Source: Solirubrobacterales bacterium (GTDB taxonomy: Bacteria; Actinomycetota; Thermoleophilia; Solirubrobacterales; JBBDJG01). From it: 64,000 nucleotides of DNA. Below the pieces are notes generated by a model. It had not been told where the DNA came from and made no database searches. It worked only from the letters and a program-made list of their open reading frames with translations. Made by a program: the position numbers and the translations under genes. The stretch spans positions 31,797 through 95,796 of the forward strand of contig JBBQKG010000002.1 in the NCBI GenBank assembly GCA_038326655.1, read 5' to 3'. Of the stretch, positions 47,322-56,395 are shown one piece after another (positions within the stretch are counted from its first letter, which is position 1; the number at the start of each line of letters is the position of its first letter).

Positions 47322-48578
47322 TCAGCCCGCGGGCTGGCCGACGAGCGGGGTCGGAGCGGCGGGACGGCCGTTCCGTAGCCGGTAGCCGGAAAGCTGCTTG
47401 AGGCTCGTGTCCCCGCTGTCGTCGATCGAGAAGCGGCCCACGACGCTGTCGTAGTTGGCGGTGTCGAAGAGCTCGCGGATCACCCGCTCGCGGTCGTTGC
47501 CCGCACCCCCGGCACGCCGGATCGCGTCGAGCAGCACCGACATCGCCGCGTAGCCGTAGGCGGCGAACGGCTCCGGCTGCCGGCCGAACTTTCGCCGGTA
47601 ATCGCGCACGAAGCGTTGCCCTCGCGCCGGCAGCTGGCGCGGGTCCTGCGCCACGGAGGTGAGGTAGGTCTGGGGCTCGGCGTCCCCGATTCGCCGGTAG
47701 AAGGACGGCGCGAGCAGCTCGTGCGTGCCGATCAGGCGGGCGTCGCCGAGTCGGGCGTGCAACTCGCTCCAGAGCGGGACGGCGTTGCTCTCGACGCCGC
47801 CGCCGAAGAACACCGCGTCGGGATGGGTCTTCGCGACCTTGCCGACGAGGTCGCGGTAGTCCCGGGCACGCGGGTCCATGCGGTCCTGGCCGACGATCCG
47901 TACACCTGCCTTCGCGGCCGCGACGCGAAACAGCTCGGCGAGCCCGTCGCCTTCGACACTGCGGTCGCCCAGGACGAACGCCGTCCGCGCCCCCAGCTTC
48001 CGCGCCCAGGCCGCCGCCGCCGAGGCCTCGACGTCATCGGACGGCACGACGCGCACGAAGTTGCGCTCGCCCGAGGGATAGAACTTGTCGGGCTCACCCT
48101 TCTCGGCGCCCGGCACGAGCTTGGTCAGGCCCACGGAGGTCGAGCCGGAGCTCACCTGTGCGATGCCGGCCTCGTTCGTGATCGGGACCGAGACCGCCGA
48201 CGCGCCGGAGTCGAGCTCGCCGAGGTATGCGATCGTGCGAAGGTCCTGGACCGCCTTGCGCGCGTTCTCGGCGACCTGGTCCGGGTCCCAGCCAGGCCGG
48301 GCGCCGCCCAGCCCGGAGTCGTCGAGAAACGAGAAGTTGACCTTGAAGTTCCCGGCCTTGCCGCCGGCCTGGTTCAGCGCCAGCTTCTCCGCGTTCAGGA
48401 TGCCCTCGGCCCGTTCCGCAACCGGTCCCGAGGTCGGGAGGCTGGAGAAGATCGTCAGCGTGTCGCCCTTGACCTTGCCGCCGTTGCTCTGATCGCTGCC
48501 GCAGCCCCCCGCTACGGCGACGGCCGCAGCGGCGAGCACGACTACGACCGTAGCTCTTCGCGGGAAAGCTCTTCTCAA
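47322..48578 (-). CDS. branched-chain/type-I periplasmic binding lipoprotein (LivK-like ABC substrate-binding protein)
   Basis: 418 aa. TTG start and lipobox VAVAGGC-GSD. Type-I PBP pattern. Confidence 0.75.
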   Translation of the reverse strand: MRRAFPRRATVVVVLAAAAVAVAGGCGSDQSNGGKVKGDTLTIFSSLPTSGPVAERAEGILNAEKLALNQAGGKAGNFKVNFSFLDDSGLGGARPGWDPDQVAENARKAVQDLRTIAYLGELDSGASAVSVPITNEAGIAQVSSGSTSVGLTKLVPGAEKGEPDKFYPSGERNFVRVVPSDDVEASAAAAWARKLGARTAFVLGDRSVEGDGLAELFRVAAAKAGVRIVGQDRMDPRARDYRDLVGKVAKTHPDAVFFGGGVESNAVPLWSELHARLGDARLIGTHELLAPSFYRRIGDAEPQTYLTSVAQDPRQLPARGQRFVRDYRRKFGRQPEPFAAYGYAAMSVLLDAIRRAGGAGNDRERVIRELFDTANYDSVVGRFSIDDSGDTSLKQLSGYRLRNGRPAAPTPLVGQPAG

Positions 48579-48687
48579 GGCCTTGGGGACGGTCCGGGAG
48601 GCCGCGATTGTAACCAGTGGGACCGGCGCGACCCCTGTTTCGATCCGGGTGGGATCGGCCGGCGGGCGTGGCTATATTGCACCGACC

Positions 48688-49725
48688 TTGAAAGTGGGCG
48701 TCCTCACCGCCGGCGGCGACTGCCCGGGCCTGAACGCGGTGATCCGCGCCGTCGTGAGGCGCTGCCTCGCGGGCGGCCACGAGCCGGTCGGGCTCTGGCG
48801 CGGCTACGCCGGGCTTGCCGAGCGGAGCTACGTCGACCTCGACATGCGCACCGTGTCCGGGATTCTGCCGTTGGGCGGCACGATCGTCTCGACCTCCAGC
48901 TACGACCCGTTTCGCCACGAGGACGGGATCGAGCGGGTGCTCGCGTCGGTCGAGGAGGACGGCTTCGACGCGGTCGTCGCGATCGGCGGCGAGCACACGA
49001 TGATGATCACCCGCCGCCTCCACGAGGAGCACGGCCTGCCGCTCGTGGGCGTGCCCAAGACGATCGACAACGACGTGCCCGGCACGGACTTCACGTTCGG
49101 GTTCGACACGGCCGTGCAGGTCGCGACCGATGCGATCGACCGCCTTCACACCACCGCGCAGTCGCACGACCGCGTGATGATCGTCGAAGTGATGGGCCGC
49201 AATACTGGCTGGATCGCCGTCTTCAGCGGCATCGCGGGCGGCGCCGACGCGATCGTCATACCCGAGCTCGAGCTGACCGTCGAGGAGATCTGCGAGGCGA
49301 TCGACGCACGCCACGCGCGCGGCAAGCGCTTCTCGATCGTGGTCGTCGCGGAGGGCGCTCAGCTGGCGTTCGCATCGGGCGAGAAGCGCCTGATCCGCGC
49401 TTCCCCGGAAACCGACCTGTACGGGTATCCGCGCCTGGGCGGCATCGGCCAGGCGCTCGGCAAGGAGATCGAGGCCCACACCGGCTTCGAGACGCGCGTG
49501 ACCAACATCGGCCACGTGCAGCGTGGCGGCACGCCCACCGCCTACGACCGCATCCTCGCGACTCGCTACGGCGTGATGGCGGCGGAGTTGGTCGAGCAGC
49601 ACGAGTTCGGCCGGATGGCGGCGCTGCACGGGACCGAGATGACGAGCGTCCCGCTGAGCGAGGTGGAGGGCGTGAAGCACATCGACCTCGACCACCTCCG
49701 CATCGCAGCGACTTTCTTCGGTTAG
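48688..49725 (+). CDS. pfkA: 6-phosphofructokinase (phosphoryl-donor specificity unclear)
   Basis: Conserved N-terminus (L)KVGVLTAGGDCPGLNAVIR, GGEHT, PKTIDND and MGRNTGWIA. TTG 48688 (or GTG 48694) is preferred over the track start at 48583. A tatatt box lies at 48674-48679. Confidence 0.85.
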   Translation: MKVGVLTAGGDCPGLNAVIRAVVRRCLAGGHEPVGLWRGYAGLAERSYVDLDMRTVSGILPLGGTIVSTSSYDPFRHEDGIERVLASVEEDGFDAVVAIGGEHTMMITRRLHEEHGLPLVGVPKTIDNDVPGTDFTFGFDTAVQVATDAIDRLHTTAQSHDRVMIVEVMGRNTGWIAVFSGIAGGADAIVIPELELTVEEICEAIDARHARGKRFSIVVVAEGAQLAFASGEKRLIRASPETDLYGYPRLGGIGQALGKEIEAHTGFETRVTNIGHVQRGGTPTAYDRILATRYGVMAAELVEQHEFGRMAALHGTEMTSVPLSEVEGVKHIDLDHLRIAATFFG

Positions 49726-49787
49726 CCCGAGCCACCGAGACGGGCATAAGATGGCCCGGGAAGAGGAGCGAACGGTGGGGTGGGACG

Positions 49788-50813
49788 GTGGAGGCCGGAT
49801 CAGCTTCAAGCGTGGTCGAAGTTCCTTGGCTCGAGCGGCTGCGGGGCTCTCCGGCGGCGCGCGCGATCGCCCGGCGCCCGCAGCGGGCCGGCGCGACCGC
49901 GATCGCGCTCTTCGTGGCGGTCCTGACCGCCGCCTACGGCATCCACGACGTCGCGCAGACCGGGCTCAACGGGCTCTCGCTCGGATCGGTGTACGCGCTC
50001 GGCGCGGTCGGGCTGACGCTGGTCTACGGCATCCTCAAGCTGGTCAACTTCGCCCACGGCGACTTCCTCACGTTCGGCGCCTACATGGCGTTCCTGATGA
50101 ACGTCACCTGGGGCGTGCCGCTCGTGTTCGCGATCGTGTTCGGGATGGCGATGACGGCGCTGCTCGGCATTTTGTTCGAGCGGTTGATGTGGGGACCGAT
50201 GCGCGCGCGGAAGGCCGGCCTGCTCCAGCTGGTGCTGATGTCGATCGCACTCGGGCTGGTGATCCGCTACACGATCCAGTTCGCCTGGGGAACGCAGATC
50301 CGGACCCTCGACGTCAACAACATCGCGACCGCCGAGTTCCTCGGCCTGAGGATCGGCCGCACCGACCTGATCGCGATCATCGTCGGGTTCACGGTCCTGG
50401 TCGCGGTCGGCCTGATGCTGAAGTTCAGCCTGCTGGGCAAGCAGATGCGGGCGCTCTCGGACAACCTCGCCCTCGCCGAGACCACCGGCATCGACACGTC
50501 GCGCGTGATCCTCTACACGTGGCTCTTCGCGGGCGCGCTGGCGGGGCTCGCGGGGGTGCTCGCGGGCGCCGTCACCGACATCCGCCCGGAGATGGGCTTC
50601 GGCCTGCTGCTGCCGATCTTCGCCGCGGTTGTGCTGGGCGGCATCGGTGACGCGTTCGGCGCGCTCGCGGGAGGCATCGTGCTGGGGCTCGTGATCGAGT
50701 GGTCAACGCTCTTCATCGACTTCCGCTGGAAGAACGCGGTCGGGTTCGCCGTGCTGATCATCGTCCTGATCGTTCGCCCGCAGGGCATCTTCGGCAGTGC
50801 GAGGACGGTATGA
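49788..50813 (+). CDS. livH: branched-chain amino-acid ABC transporter permease (LivH-like)
   Basis: This is the last third of the 1065-aa track ORF. Motif LSLGSVYALGAVGLTLVYGILKLVNFAHGDF is typical of LivH. The start is uncertain (GTG 49788 or 49812). Confidence 0.8.
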   Translation: MEAGSASSVVEVPWLERLRGSPAARAIARRPQRAGATAIALFVAVLTAAYGIHDVAQTGLNGLSLGSVYALGAVGLTLVYGILKLVNFAHGDFLTFGAYMAFLMNVTWGVPLVFAIVFGMAMTALLGILFERLMWGPMRARKAGLLQLVLMSIALGLVIRYTIQFAWGTQIRTLDVNNIATAEFLGLRIGRTDLIAIIVGFTVLVAVGLMLKFSLLGKQMRALSDNLALAETTGIDTSRVILYTWLFAGALAGLAGVLAGAVTDIRPEMGFGLLLPIFAAVVLGGIGDAFGALAGGIVLGLVIEWSTLFIDFRWKNAVGFAVLIIVLIVRPQGIFGSARTV

Positions 50814-51805
50814 GCGTGCTGCTCCACCCGCCGTTCGCGATCACCTTCGACTTCCTCACCGCGACCGGGTTCTGGACCGGCGTGGGCGTGCTGGCGGGCG
50901 TCTACACGATCTTCACGCTCGGCCTCCAGCTGAACGTCGGCTTCACCGGGATCGTCAACTTCGGGCAGGCGGGGTTCATGGCGATCGGCGCCTACGCGAT
51001 GGCGATCCTGGTCGTGAAGAGCGGCTGGTCGTTCTGGCTCGCGATGCCCGCGGCGATCGCGATCACGGTCGCCTTCGGCCTCCTGGTCGGCCTTCCCTCA
51101 CTGCGCCTGCGGGCCGACTACTTCGCGATCGCGACGATCGCGTTCGCGGAGATCGTGCGGCTCACGGCGCAGAACGCGCGCGGCCTGACGGGCGGCAACG
51201 AGGGACTCTTCTGCGAGGGCAGCCGGTGCTTCGACGACTCCTGGCGAAGCGTGTCCGACACGATCGGCGGCTGGCTCCAGGACCTGGGCTGGAGCAACCC
51301 CGAGGCGCTCTTCCCGCTGCTGCTGGTGGTGTGGGCGACCGCGCTGATCCTGATCGCGGCGCTCCACTTCGCCAAGCGCACGCCCTGGGGCCGCGTGCTG
51401 CGCGCGATCCGCGAGGACGAGGACGCCGCGCGCGCGCTGGGCAAGAACACGCTCGCCTACAAGCTCCAGTCGCTCTCGATCGCGGCCGCGCTGGGCGCGA
51501 TCTCGGGCTTCTTCCTGGCGCTCGACCTCGCCACCATCCACCCCGCCGACTTCCTCCCGATCGTGACCTTCGTCGGGTACGGAGTGCTCGTGCTCGGCGG
51601 GCTCGCGAACTACTGGGGCGTGGCCGTGGGCGCAATCCTGATGTGGGTGATCCTCGAGGGCACGAGGTTCATCGACCTCCCGATCAGCGACACGCAGGTC
51701 GCGTCGGTGCGCTTCATCGTGGTGGGGGTGGTGCTGATCGGGCTGATGGCATTCCGCCCGCAGGGGCTTTTCGGCAAGCGCGAGGAGATGGTCCTCGGTG
51801 AATGA
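50810..51805 (+). CDS. livM: branched-chain amino-acid ABC transporter permease (LivM-like)
   Basis: ATG at 50810 in an ATGA overlap with the livH stop. Motifs LNVGFTGIVNFGQAGFMAIGAY and REDEDAARALG. Confidence 0.85.
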   Translation: MSVLLHPPFAITFDFLTATGFWTGVGVLAGVYTIFTLGLQLNVGFTGIVNFGQAGFMAIGAYAMAILVVKSGWSFWLAMPAAIAITVAFGLLVGLPSLRLRADYFAIATIAFAEIVRLTAQNARGLTGGNEGLFCEGSRCFDDSWRSVSDTIGGWLQDLGWSNPEALFPLLLVVWATALILIAALHFAKRTPWGRVLRAIREDEDAARALGKNTLAYKLQSLSIAAALGAISGFFLALDLATIHPADFLPIVTFVGYGVLVLGGLANYWGVAVGAILMWVILEGTRFIDLPISDTQVASVRFIVVGVVLIGLMAFRPQGLFGKREEMVLGE

Positions 51806-52604
51806 CGCCAACGGCCGGATACTCGGGGTGGCCGACCTCGTTCGAAGCTTCGGCGGCATCCATGCCGTCGACTGCGCCTCGTTCGACGTCGAGCGCGGCT
51901 CGATCACCGCTCTGATCGGCCCGAACGGCGCGGGCAAGACGACCCTCTTCAACGTGATCACCGGCTTCTACCGCGCCGAGCGCGGCGCGGTCGCATTCGA
52001 GAACCAGGCGATCTTCGGGCGCCCGCCACACGCGATCGCGCGCCGCGGAATGGTGCGGACTTTCCAGATCACCAAGGCACTAGCGCGCATGCCGGTGATC
52101 GACAACATGATGCTGGCCGCCCCCGACCAGCCCGGCGAGAAGCTCCGCAACATGCTGCTGCGCCCGGCCGCGGCGCGGCGGCGCGAGCGGGAGGTCCGCA
52201 AGCAGGCGGTCGAGCTGCTCGGAATCTTCAACCTGCAGGAGCTCGCCGACCATTACGCGGGCACGCTCTCCGGAGGGCAGCGCAAGCTGCTCGAGCTGGC
52301 GCGCGCGCTGATGACGCAGCCGAAGATGCTGCTGCTGGACGAGCCGATGGCCGGCATCAACCCGACGCTCGGGCGGCGTCTGCTCGAGCACATGCACCGG
52401 CTCCGCGACGAGCGCGGCGTGACATTCCTATTCATCGAGCACAACATGGACGTCGTGATGGGGCACGCCGACCGGGTGATCGTGATGGCGGAGGGCCGTG
52501 TGATCGCGAGCGGCCCGCCCGAGGAGATCCGCCGCGACCAGCGCGTGATCGACGCATATCTCGGCTCCGGGCCCGAGCAGTCGGCGGACGAGGAACGGGC
52601 GTGA
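51798..52604 (+). CDS. livG: branched-chain amino-acid ABC transporter ATP-binding protein (LivG-like)
   Basis: 268 aa. Walker A GPNGAGKTT, signature LSGGQRKLLELARAL, Walker B LLLDEPMAG. Confidence 0.9.
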   Translation: MNDANGRILGVADLVRSFGGIHAVDCASFDVERGSITALIGPNGAGKTTLFNVITGFYRAERGAVAFENQAIFGRPPHAIARRGMVRTFQITKALARMPVIDNMMLAAPDQPGEKLRNMLLRPAAARRREREVRKQAVELLGIFNLQELADHYAGTLSGGQRKLLELARALMTQPKMLLLDEPMAGINPTLGRRLLEHMHRLRDERGVTFLFIEHNMDVVMGHADRVIVMAEGRVIASGPPEEIRRDQRVIDAYLGSGPEQSADEERA

Positions 52605-53374
52605 GCGGAGAGGGCGCGAACGGGGCCGTGCTCGCGACCGAGCAGCTCGTGGCCGGGTATGTGCCCGAGGTCAGCATCCTGAACGGCGTCTCGATCACCG
52701 TGCGCGAGGGCGAGATCGTCACGGTCGTGGGCCCGAACGGAGCGGGCAAGTCGACGCTGATCAAGACGATCTTCGGGCTGCTGAAGCCGCGCGAAGGACG
52801 GGTGTTGCTCCGTGGCGAGCAGATCGGCGGCACCAAGCCCCACCTGATCACCCGCAAGGGCATGAGTTACGTACCACAACTCGACAACGTCTTCCCGAGC
52901 CTGACCGTTGACGAGAACCTCGAGCTCGGATCGCTCGAGCGCTCGCGTACGGAGGAGCGGATCCGCGTGATGCACGACCTCTTTCCACGGCTCGCGGAGC
53001 GCCGCGGCCAGCTCACCGGGACGATGAGTGGCGGCGAGCGCCAGATGGTCGCGATGGCACGGGCGCTGATGCCGGATCCGAGGGTGCTGCTGCTCGACGA
53101 GCCCTCGGCAGGGCTTGCACCCGCGTTCGTCGACGCGATCTTCGAGAAAATCGCCGACATCAACCGGGCCGGCGTGACGATCGTGATGGTCGAGCAGAAC
53201 GCCCGCCGCGCGCTTGCGATGTCGAATCGCGGCTACGTGCTCGACCTCGGCGCCAACCGCTTCGAGGGCTCCGGCCGGGAGCTGCTTTCCGACCCCAAGG
53301 TGGCAGAGCTCTACCTGGGCGGGGGCGGCCGGCTCGATCAGGACGAACGCCAATCCGGATCGCCTGCGCGTTAA
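52601..53374 (+). CDS. livF: branched-chain amino-acid ABC transporter ATP-binding protein (LivF-like)
   Basis: 257 aa. GTGA overlap with livG. Walker A GPNGAGKST, signature MSGGERQM, Walker B LLLDEPSAG. Confidence 0.9.
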   Translation: MSGEGANGAVLATEQLVAGYVPEVSILNGVSITVREGEIVTVVGPNGAGKSTLIKTIFGLLKPREGRVLLRGEQIGGTKPHLITRKGMSYVPQLDNVFPSLTVDENLELGSLERSRTEERIRVMHDLFPRLAERRGQLTGTMSGGERQMVAMARALMPDPRVLLLDEPSAGLAPAFVDAIFEKIADINRAGVTIVMVEQNARRALAMSNRGYVLDLGANRFEGSGRELLSDPKVAELYLGGGGRLDQDERQSGSPAR

Positions 53375-54675
53375 CCAGAGGCGGGCGCGCCCACCGGCGC
53401 CTGGTCGTAGACCTCGAGCCGGCCCGCCCTGAACCTGAAGAGGTCGTACGCGCCGGCGGTCGGGTCTCCCGCGGCGTTCATGTCGATCGGCCCGGAGGCG
53501 CCTTCGTAGTCGATGTCCCGCCCCCGCTCGAGCGCCCGGATCGCCTGCGGGAGCTGCTCCCACGTGTACTTCTGGCCGCGCGGCGCGCTGATCCGGCGGA
53601 CCGCCGCGGCCATCGCCCTCCCGTCGGCCCGGCCTGCCTCTACGGCCGAGAGGTAGCAGAGCACGACCGCGTCGAACAGCTGGGCGTCGAAGGCCTGCCG
53701 CTTTGGCCCGCCGGCCTGGTCGTAGAGACGGTCGAACGCCTCGGTCGCAGGGTTGCCCTCGGGCGCGCCGGGCGAGGTGCCGCGAAGGCCGTCGGTCGCC
53801 TCCGCCCCGGCCGCGGCCGGGAGCGAGCGCGTCGCGAGCGCATCGGGCCCATAGGTCTCACCGGGATCCCAGCGGCCGGTCTGGAGCAGCGCGGCGGCAA
53901 GCTTCTGGTAGGTCGAGGCGAGGCCGAACAGCGCGAACGCGTCGATGTTCCGGCCTGCCGGGGCGATCCGAGTCGCAGCGTTGCCGTAGGCGGTCGCATC
54001 CGGAGCGTAGGCCACCGGGCCGAGCAGCTTGCCCCCCTTTGCCCGCCAAGCCGTGACGAACGTGTCCGCGATCGACCTCCCGTAGCTCGAGCTCTCGTAG
54101 CCGACGCTCACGGTGCGTCCGCCGGCGCCACCGAGGTCCTCGTCGATCACGTCGGCGAGCGCGCGCCCTTCGTATGAGTCCGGCACCACGGTCCGGTTCA
54201 GGATGCCGCCGTCCGAGAGTCCGCCGAGCGCGTCGGCGGTCGCCGCCGGCGTGATCTGCAGGATGCCGCGAGGAACCGCGATCGCGTTCGCGGTGGCCAG
54301 CGTCACGCTGTCGGTCCACGAGCCGGTGACGCACGCGGGCGAGCCCCTCTGAGCGGCTGCCCGTGCGGCCGCCACGCCGGCGGTCGCGTCGCCGCGATCG
54401 TCGACGTGCACGATCTCGATCGAATGGCGGGCGCCGGCCCGCCTGATCGCGCCACGCACCTCCCCCACCCCGAGGTCGGCCGCCTTGCGTCCCGATAGAC
54501 CCAGGGTCGAGAGGTCACCGGTGAGCGGCAGGAGGTCGAGTACCGTGAGCCGGAAAGACGCCGAGCGGGCCGGCCTGCTGTCGTCAGAGCCCCCTCCGCC
54601 GCAGCCCGCCAGGCTCACGACGAACGTCACGAGAGCGAGCGCGGCGGCGAGCGACGTCCCTGATGTGCGTCTCAA
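53371..54675 (-). CDS. type-I periplasmic binding lipoprotein (ABC substrate-binding protein)
   Basis: 434 aa. Lipobox SLAGC-GGGG. Its stop codon shares the palindrome TTAA with the convergent livF stop. Paralog of the 54795-56111 gene. Confidence 0.75.
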   Translation of the reverse strand: MRRTSGTSLAAALALVTFVVSLAGCGGGGSDDSRPARSASFRLTVLDLLPLTGDLSTLGLSGRKAADLGVGEVRGAIRRAGARHSIEIVHVDDRGDATAGVAAARAAAQRGSPACVTGSWTDSVTLATANAIAVPRGILQITPAATADALGGLSDGGILNRTVVPDSYEGRALADVIDEDLGGAGGRTVSVGYESSSYGRSIADTFVTAWRAKGGKLLGPVAYAPDATAYGNAATRIAPAGRNIDAFALFGLASTYQKLAAALLQTGRWDPGETYGPDALATRSLPAAAGAEATDGLRGTSPGAPEGNPATEAFDRLYDQAGGPKRQAFDAQLFDAVVLCYLSAVEAGRADGRAMAAAVRRISAPRGQKYTWEQLPQAIRALERGRDIDYEGASGPIDMNAAGDPTAGAYDLFRFRAGRLEVYDQAPVGAPASG

Positions 54676-54745
54676 CGGCGTCTCGGCGCGTGCATGGGGG
54701 TCACCCGACTGTAGACGCGACCGGTGACGGTCCTCCGCGGCGGAA

Positions 54746-54771
54746 GCGGCCGGGGCGCTCGCCCCGGCCGC
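54746..54771 (-). terminator. GC-rich hairpin downstream of the binding-protein gene
   Basis: gcggccgggg-cgctcg-ccccggccgc, a perfect 10-bp stem lying 24 nt past the stop of the 54795-56111 gene. There is no clear U tract. Confidence 0.35.
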
Positions 54772-54794
54772 TGCCCATCCGCTCTACTCGCCCG

Positions 54795-56111
54795 TTACGG
54801 CGTCGCGCCCTTGCTGATCGGCACCTGCCGGATCGGCGTAAGCTTCCCGCCCTCGAACTGGAGGACGTCGTAGACGCCCGACGTCGGGTCTCCATTGCTG
54901 TCGAGGTCGATCGGCCCGGAGGCGCCGTCGTAGTCGATGTCCTTGCCGTCCTTCAGCGCCTTGATCGCGGCGGGCAGCTGCTCCCACGTGTACTTGGTGC
55001 CGCCCGGCGCGGTGATCTTCTGCAGCTCGTCCTTCATCGCGGCGCCGTCCGCCTTGCCCGCCGCCACGGCGGACAGGTAGCACAGCACGACCGCGTCGAA
55101 GTTCTGCGCGTCGAACGTCTGGCGCTTCACGTTCTTCGGCGCAGAGGACGTGTACAGCTTGTCGAACGCCTTCTGCGTGGCGCCCTTCTGAGGGGTGCCC
55201 GGCGCGCTGCCGCGCATGCCCTCGGTCGCGGCGGAGCCCGCGTTCTTCGGCAGGCTGCTCGATGCGAGGCCGTCCGTGATGAACGTCCGCTTCGGGTCCC
55301 ACTGCCCGGTCCGCACGAGCGCGGGCCCGACCTTCTGGTAGGTCTCGGGGAAGTCGACGATCACCCAGGCGTCCGGATTCCCGGACGCGATCTTCTGAGC
55401 CTCCGAGTTGTAGCTCGGCTGCTTCGGGTCGTAGATCACCTTCTGGCCGATCTTGCCGCCCTTGGCGGTCCAGGCCTTCTGGAAGAACCCGGACAGGCCG
55501 GTGCCATAGGCGTCGTTGCGGGCGCCGATGTTGACCGTCTTGCCCGAGGCGCCGCCAAGCTCCTTCTCCATCGCGTCCGCGAGCGCCGGCCCCTGCAGGG
55601 AGTCCGGCGGCGCGGTCCGGTTCAGGTAGCCGTCGTCCGACAGGCTCGTGATCTCCGCGCTGGTGGAGGCCGGCGAGAGCTGAAGGATCTTCTCCCGGCT
55701 CGTGACGGAGCGCGAGACCGGGATCGTGTCCGACGAAGCCCAGGCCCCGGCGATGCACGAGGCTCCGGCATCGGCCAGCTTGCGGGCCGCCGCCACGGCG
55801 GGGCCGGAGTCCGTCTGCTCGTCCTCGTTTTGGAGCCTGACGGTCTCGTCCACGCCCGCCTGCTTGATCGCTTTCTGGATCTGCTGGACGGCGAGCTTCG
55901 CCGCCTTCTCGCCCGGCGGCCCGAAGTCGCTCAGGTCCCCGGTGAGCGGCACGATGTCGCCGATCGTGAGGTCGAACTTGGCGTTGCCACCACCCTTGTC
56001 GTTACCACCCCCGCAGGCGGCGATTCCCAGCATCGCCACCAGCACGGCAGCCGCGACAAGGGCGGGGCCAATCTTGAATCTCCTCAATTCCCCTCCTCTG
56101 TCAGAGGTCAA
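54795..56111 (-). CDS. type-I periplasmic binding lipoprotein (ABC substrate-binding protein), tandem paralog
   Basis: 438 aa. Lipobox GIAAC-GGGN. Shares long blocks with the 53371-54675 gene (TWEQLP.AI.AL..G.DIDY.GASGPID....GDPT.G.YD). Confidence 0.75.
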   Translation of the reverse strand: MTSDRGGELRRFKIGPALVAAAVLVAMLGIAACGGGNDKGGGNAKFDLTIGDIVPLTGDLSDFGPPGEKAAKLAVQQIQKAIKQAGVDETVRLQNEDEQTDSGPAVAAARKLADAGASCIAGAWASSDTIPVSRSVTSREKILQLSPASTSAEITSLSDDGYLNRTAPPDSLQGPALADAMEKELGGASGKTVNIGARNDAYGTGLSGFFQKAWTAKGGKIGQKVIYDPKQPSYNSEAQKIASGNPDAWVIVDFPETYQKVGPALVRTGQWDPKRTFITDGLASSSLPKNAGSAATEGMRGSAPGTPQKGATQKAFDKLYTSSAPKNVKRQTFDAQNFDAVVLCYLSAVAAGKADGAAMKDELQKITAPGGTKYTWEQLPAAIKALKDGKDIDYDGASGPIDLDSNGDPTSGVYDVLQFEGGKLTPIRQVPISKGATP

Positions 56112-56223
56112 ACGGCTTGAGACGACATGCCCAGGACCGCGAGCACGATCGTTACGGCGGGTTCTCTACCCACCGTGTCGAGCTCGTATGCGGCGAGATC
56201 GTGAATCACCGCGACGGTCGATC

Positions 56224-56385
56224 CTACCGGTCCGGGTCCGGACGCTCGCGATCCGCCATCTGGGCGAGGATCCCGAGGCCCAGGATCGCCAGCGCGATCA
56301 GGCCCCCGACGTCGGGGGTGAGCCCGATCGCCCAGAGCACGATCAGCGTGCAGGCGCCCAGGGCCGCTGCCAGGAAGACGAACAC
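56224..56385 (-). CDS. small two-helix membrane protein (hypothetical)
   Basis: 53 aa from the GTG at 56385, 10 nt after the trpA stop: VFVFLAAALGACTLIVLWAIGLTPDVGGLIALAILGLGILAQMADRERPDPDR. High GC3. The longer track ORF overlaps trpA and is rejected. Confidence 0.35.
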   Translation of the reverse strand: MFVFLAAALGACTLIVLWAIGLTPDVGGLIALAILGLGILAQMADRERPDPDR

Positions 56386-56395
56386 CGGCGCGATC

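Noticed and set aside
47616-50813. 1065-aa plus-strand ORF, the longest in the track
   Set aside because: Its first two-thirds are Arg/Gly/Asp-rich low-complexity sequence. They lie antisense to the well-supported binding-lipoprotein gene (47322-48578) and out of frame across the PFK gene. Only the last roughly 340 aa have membrane-protein (LivH) character. This is a GC-driven shadow ORF fused to a real gene.
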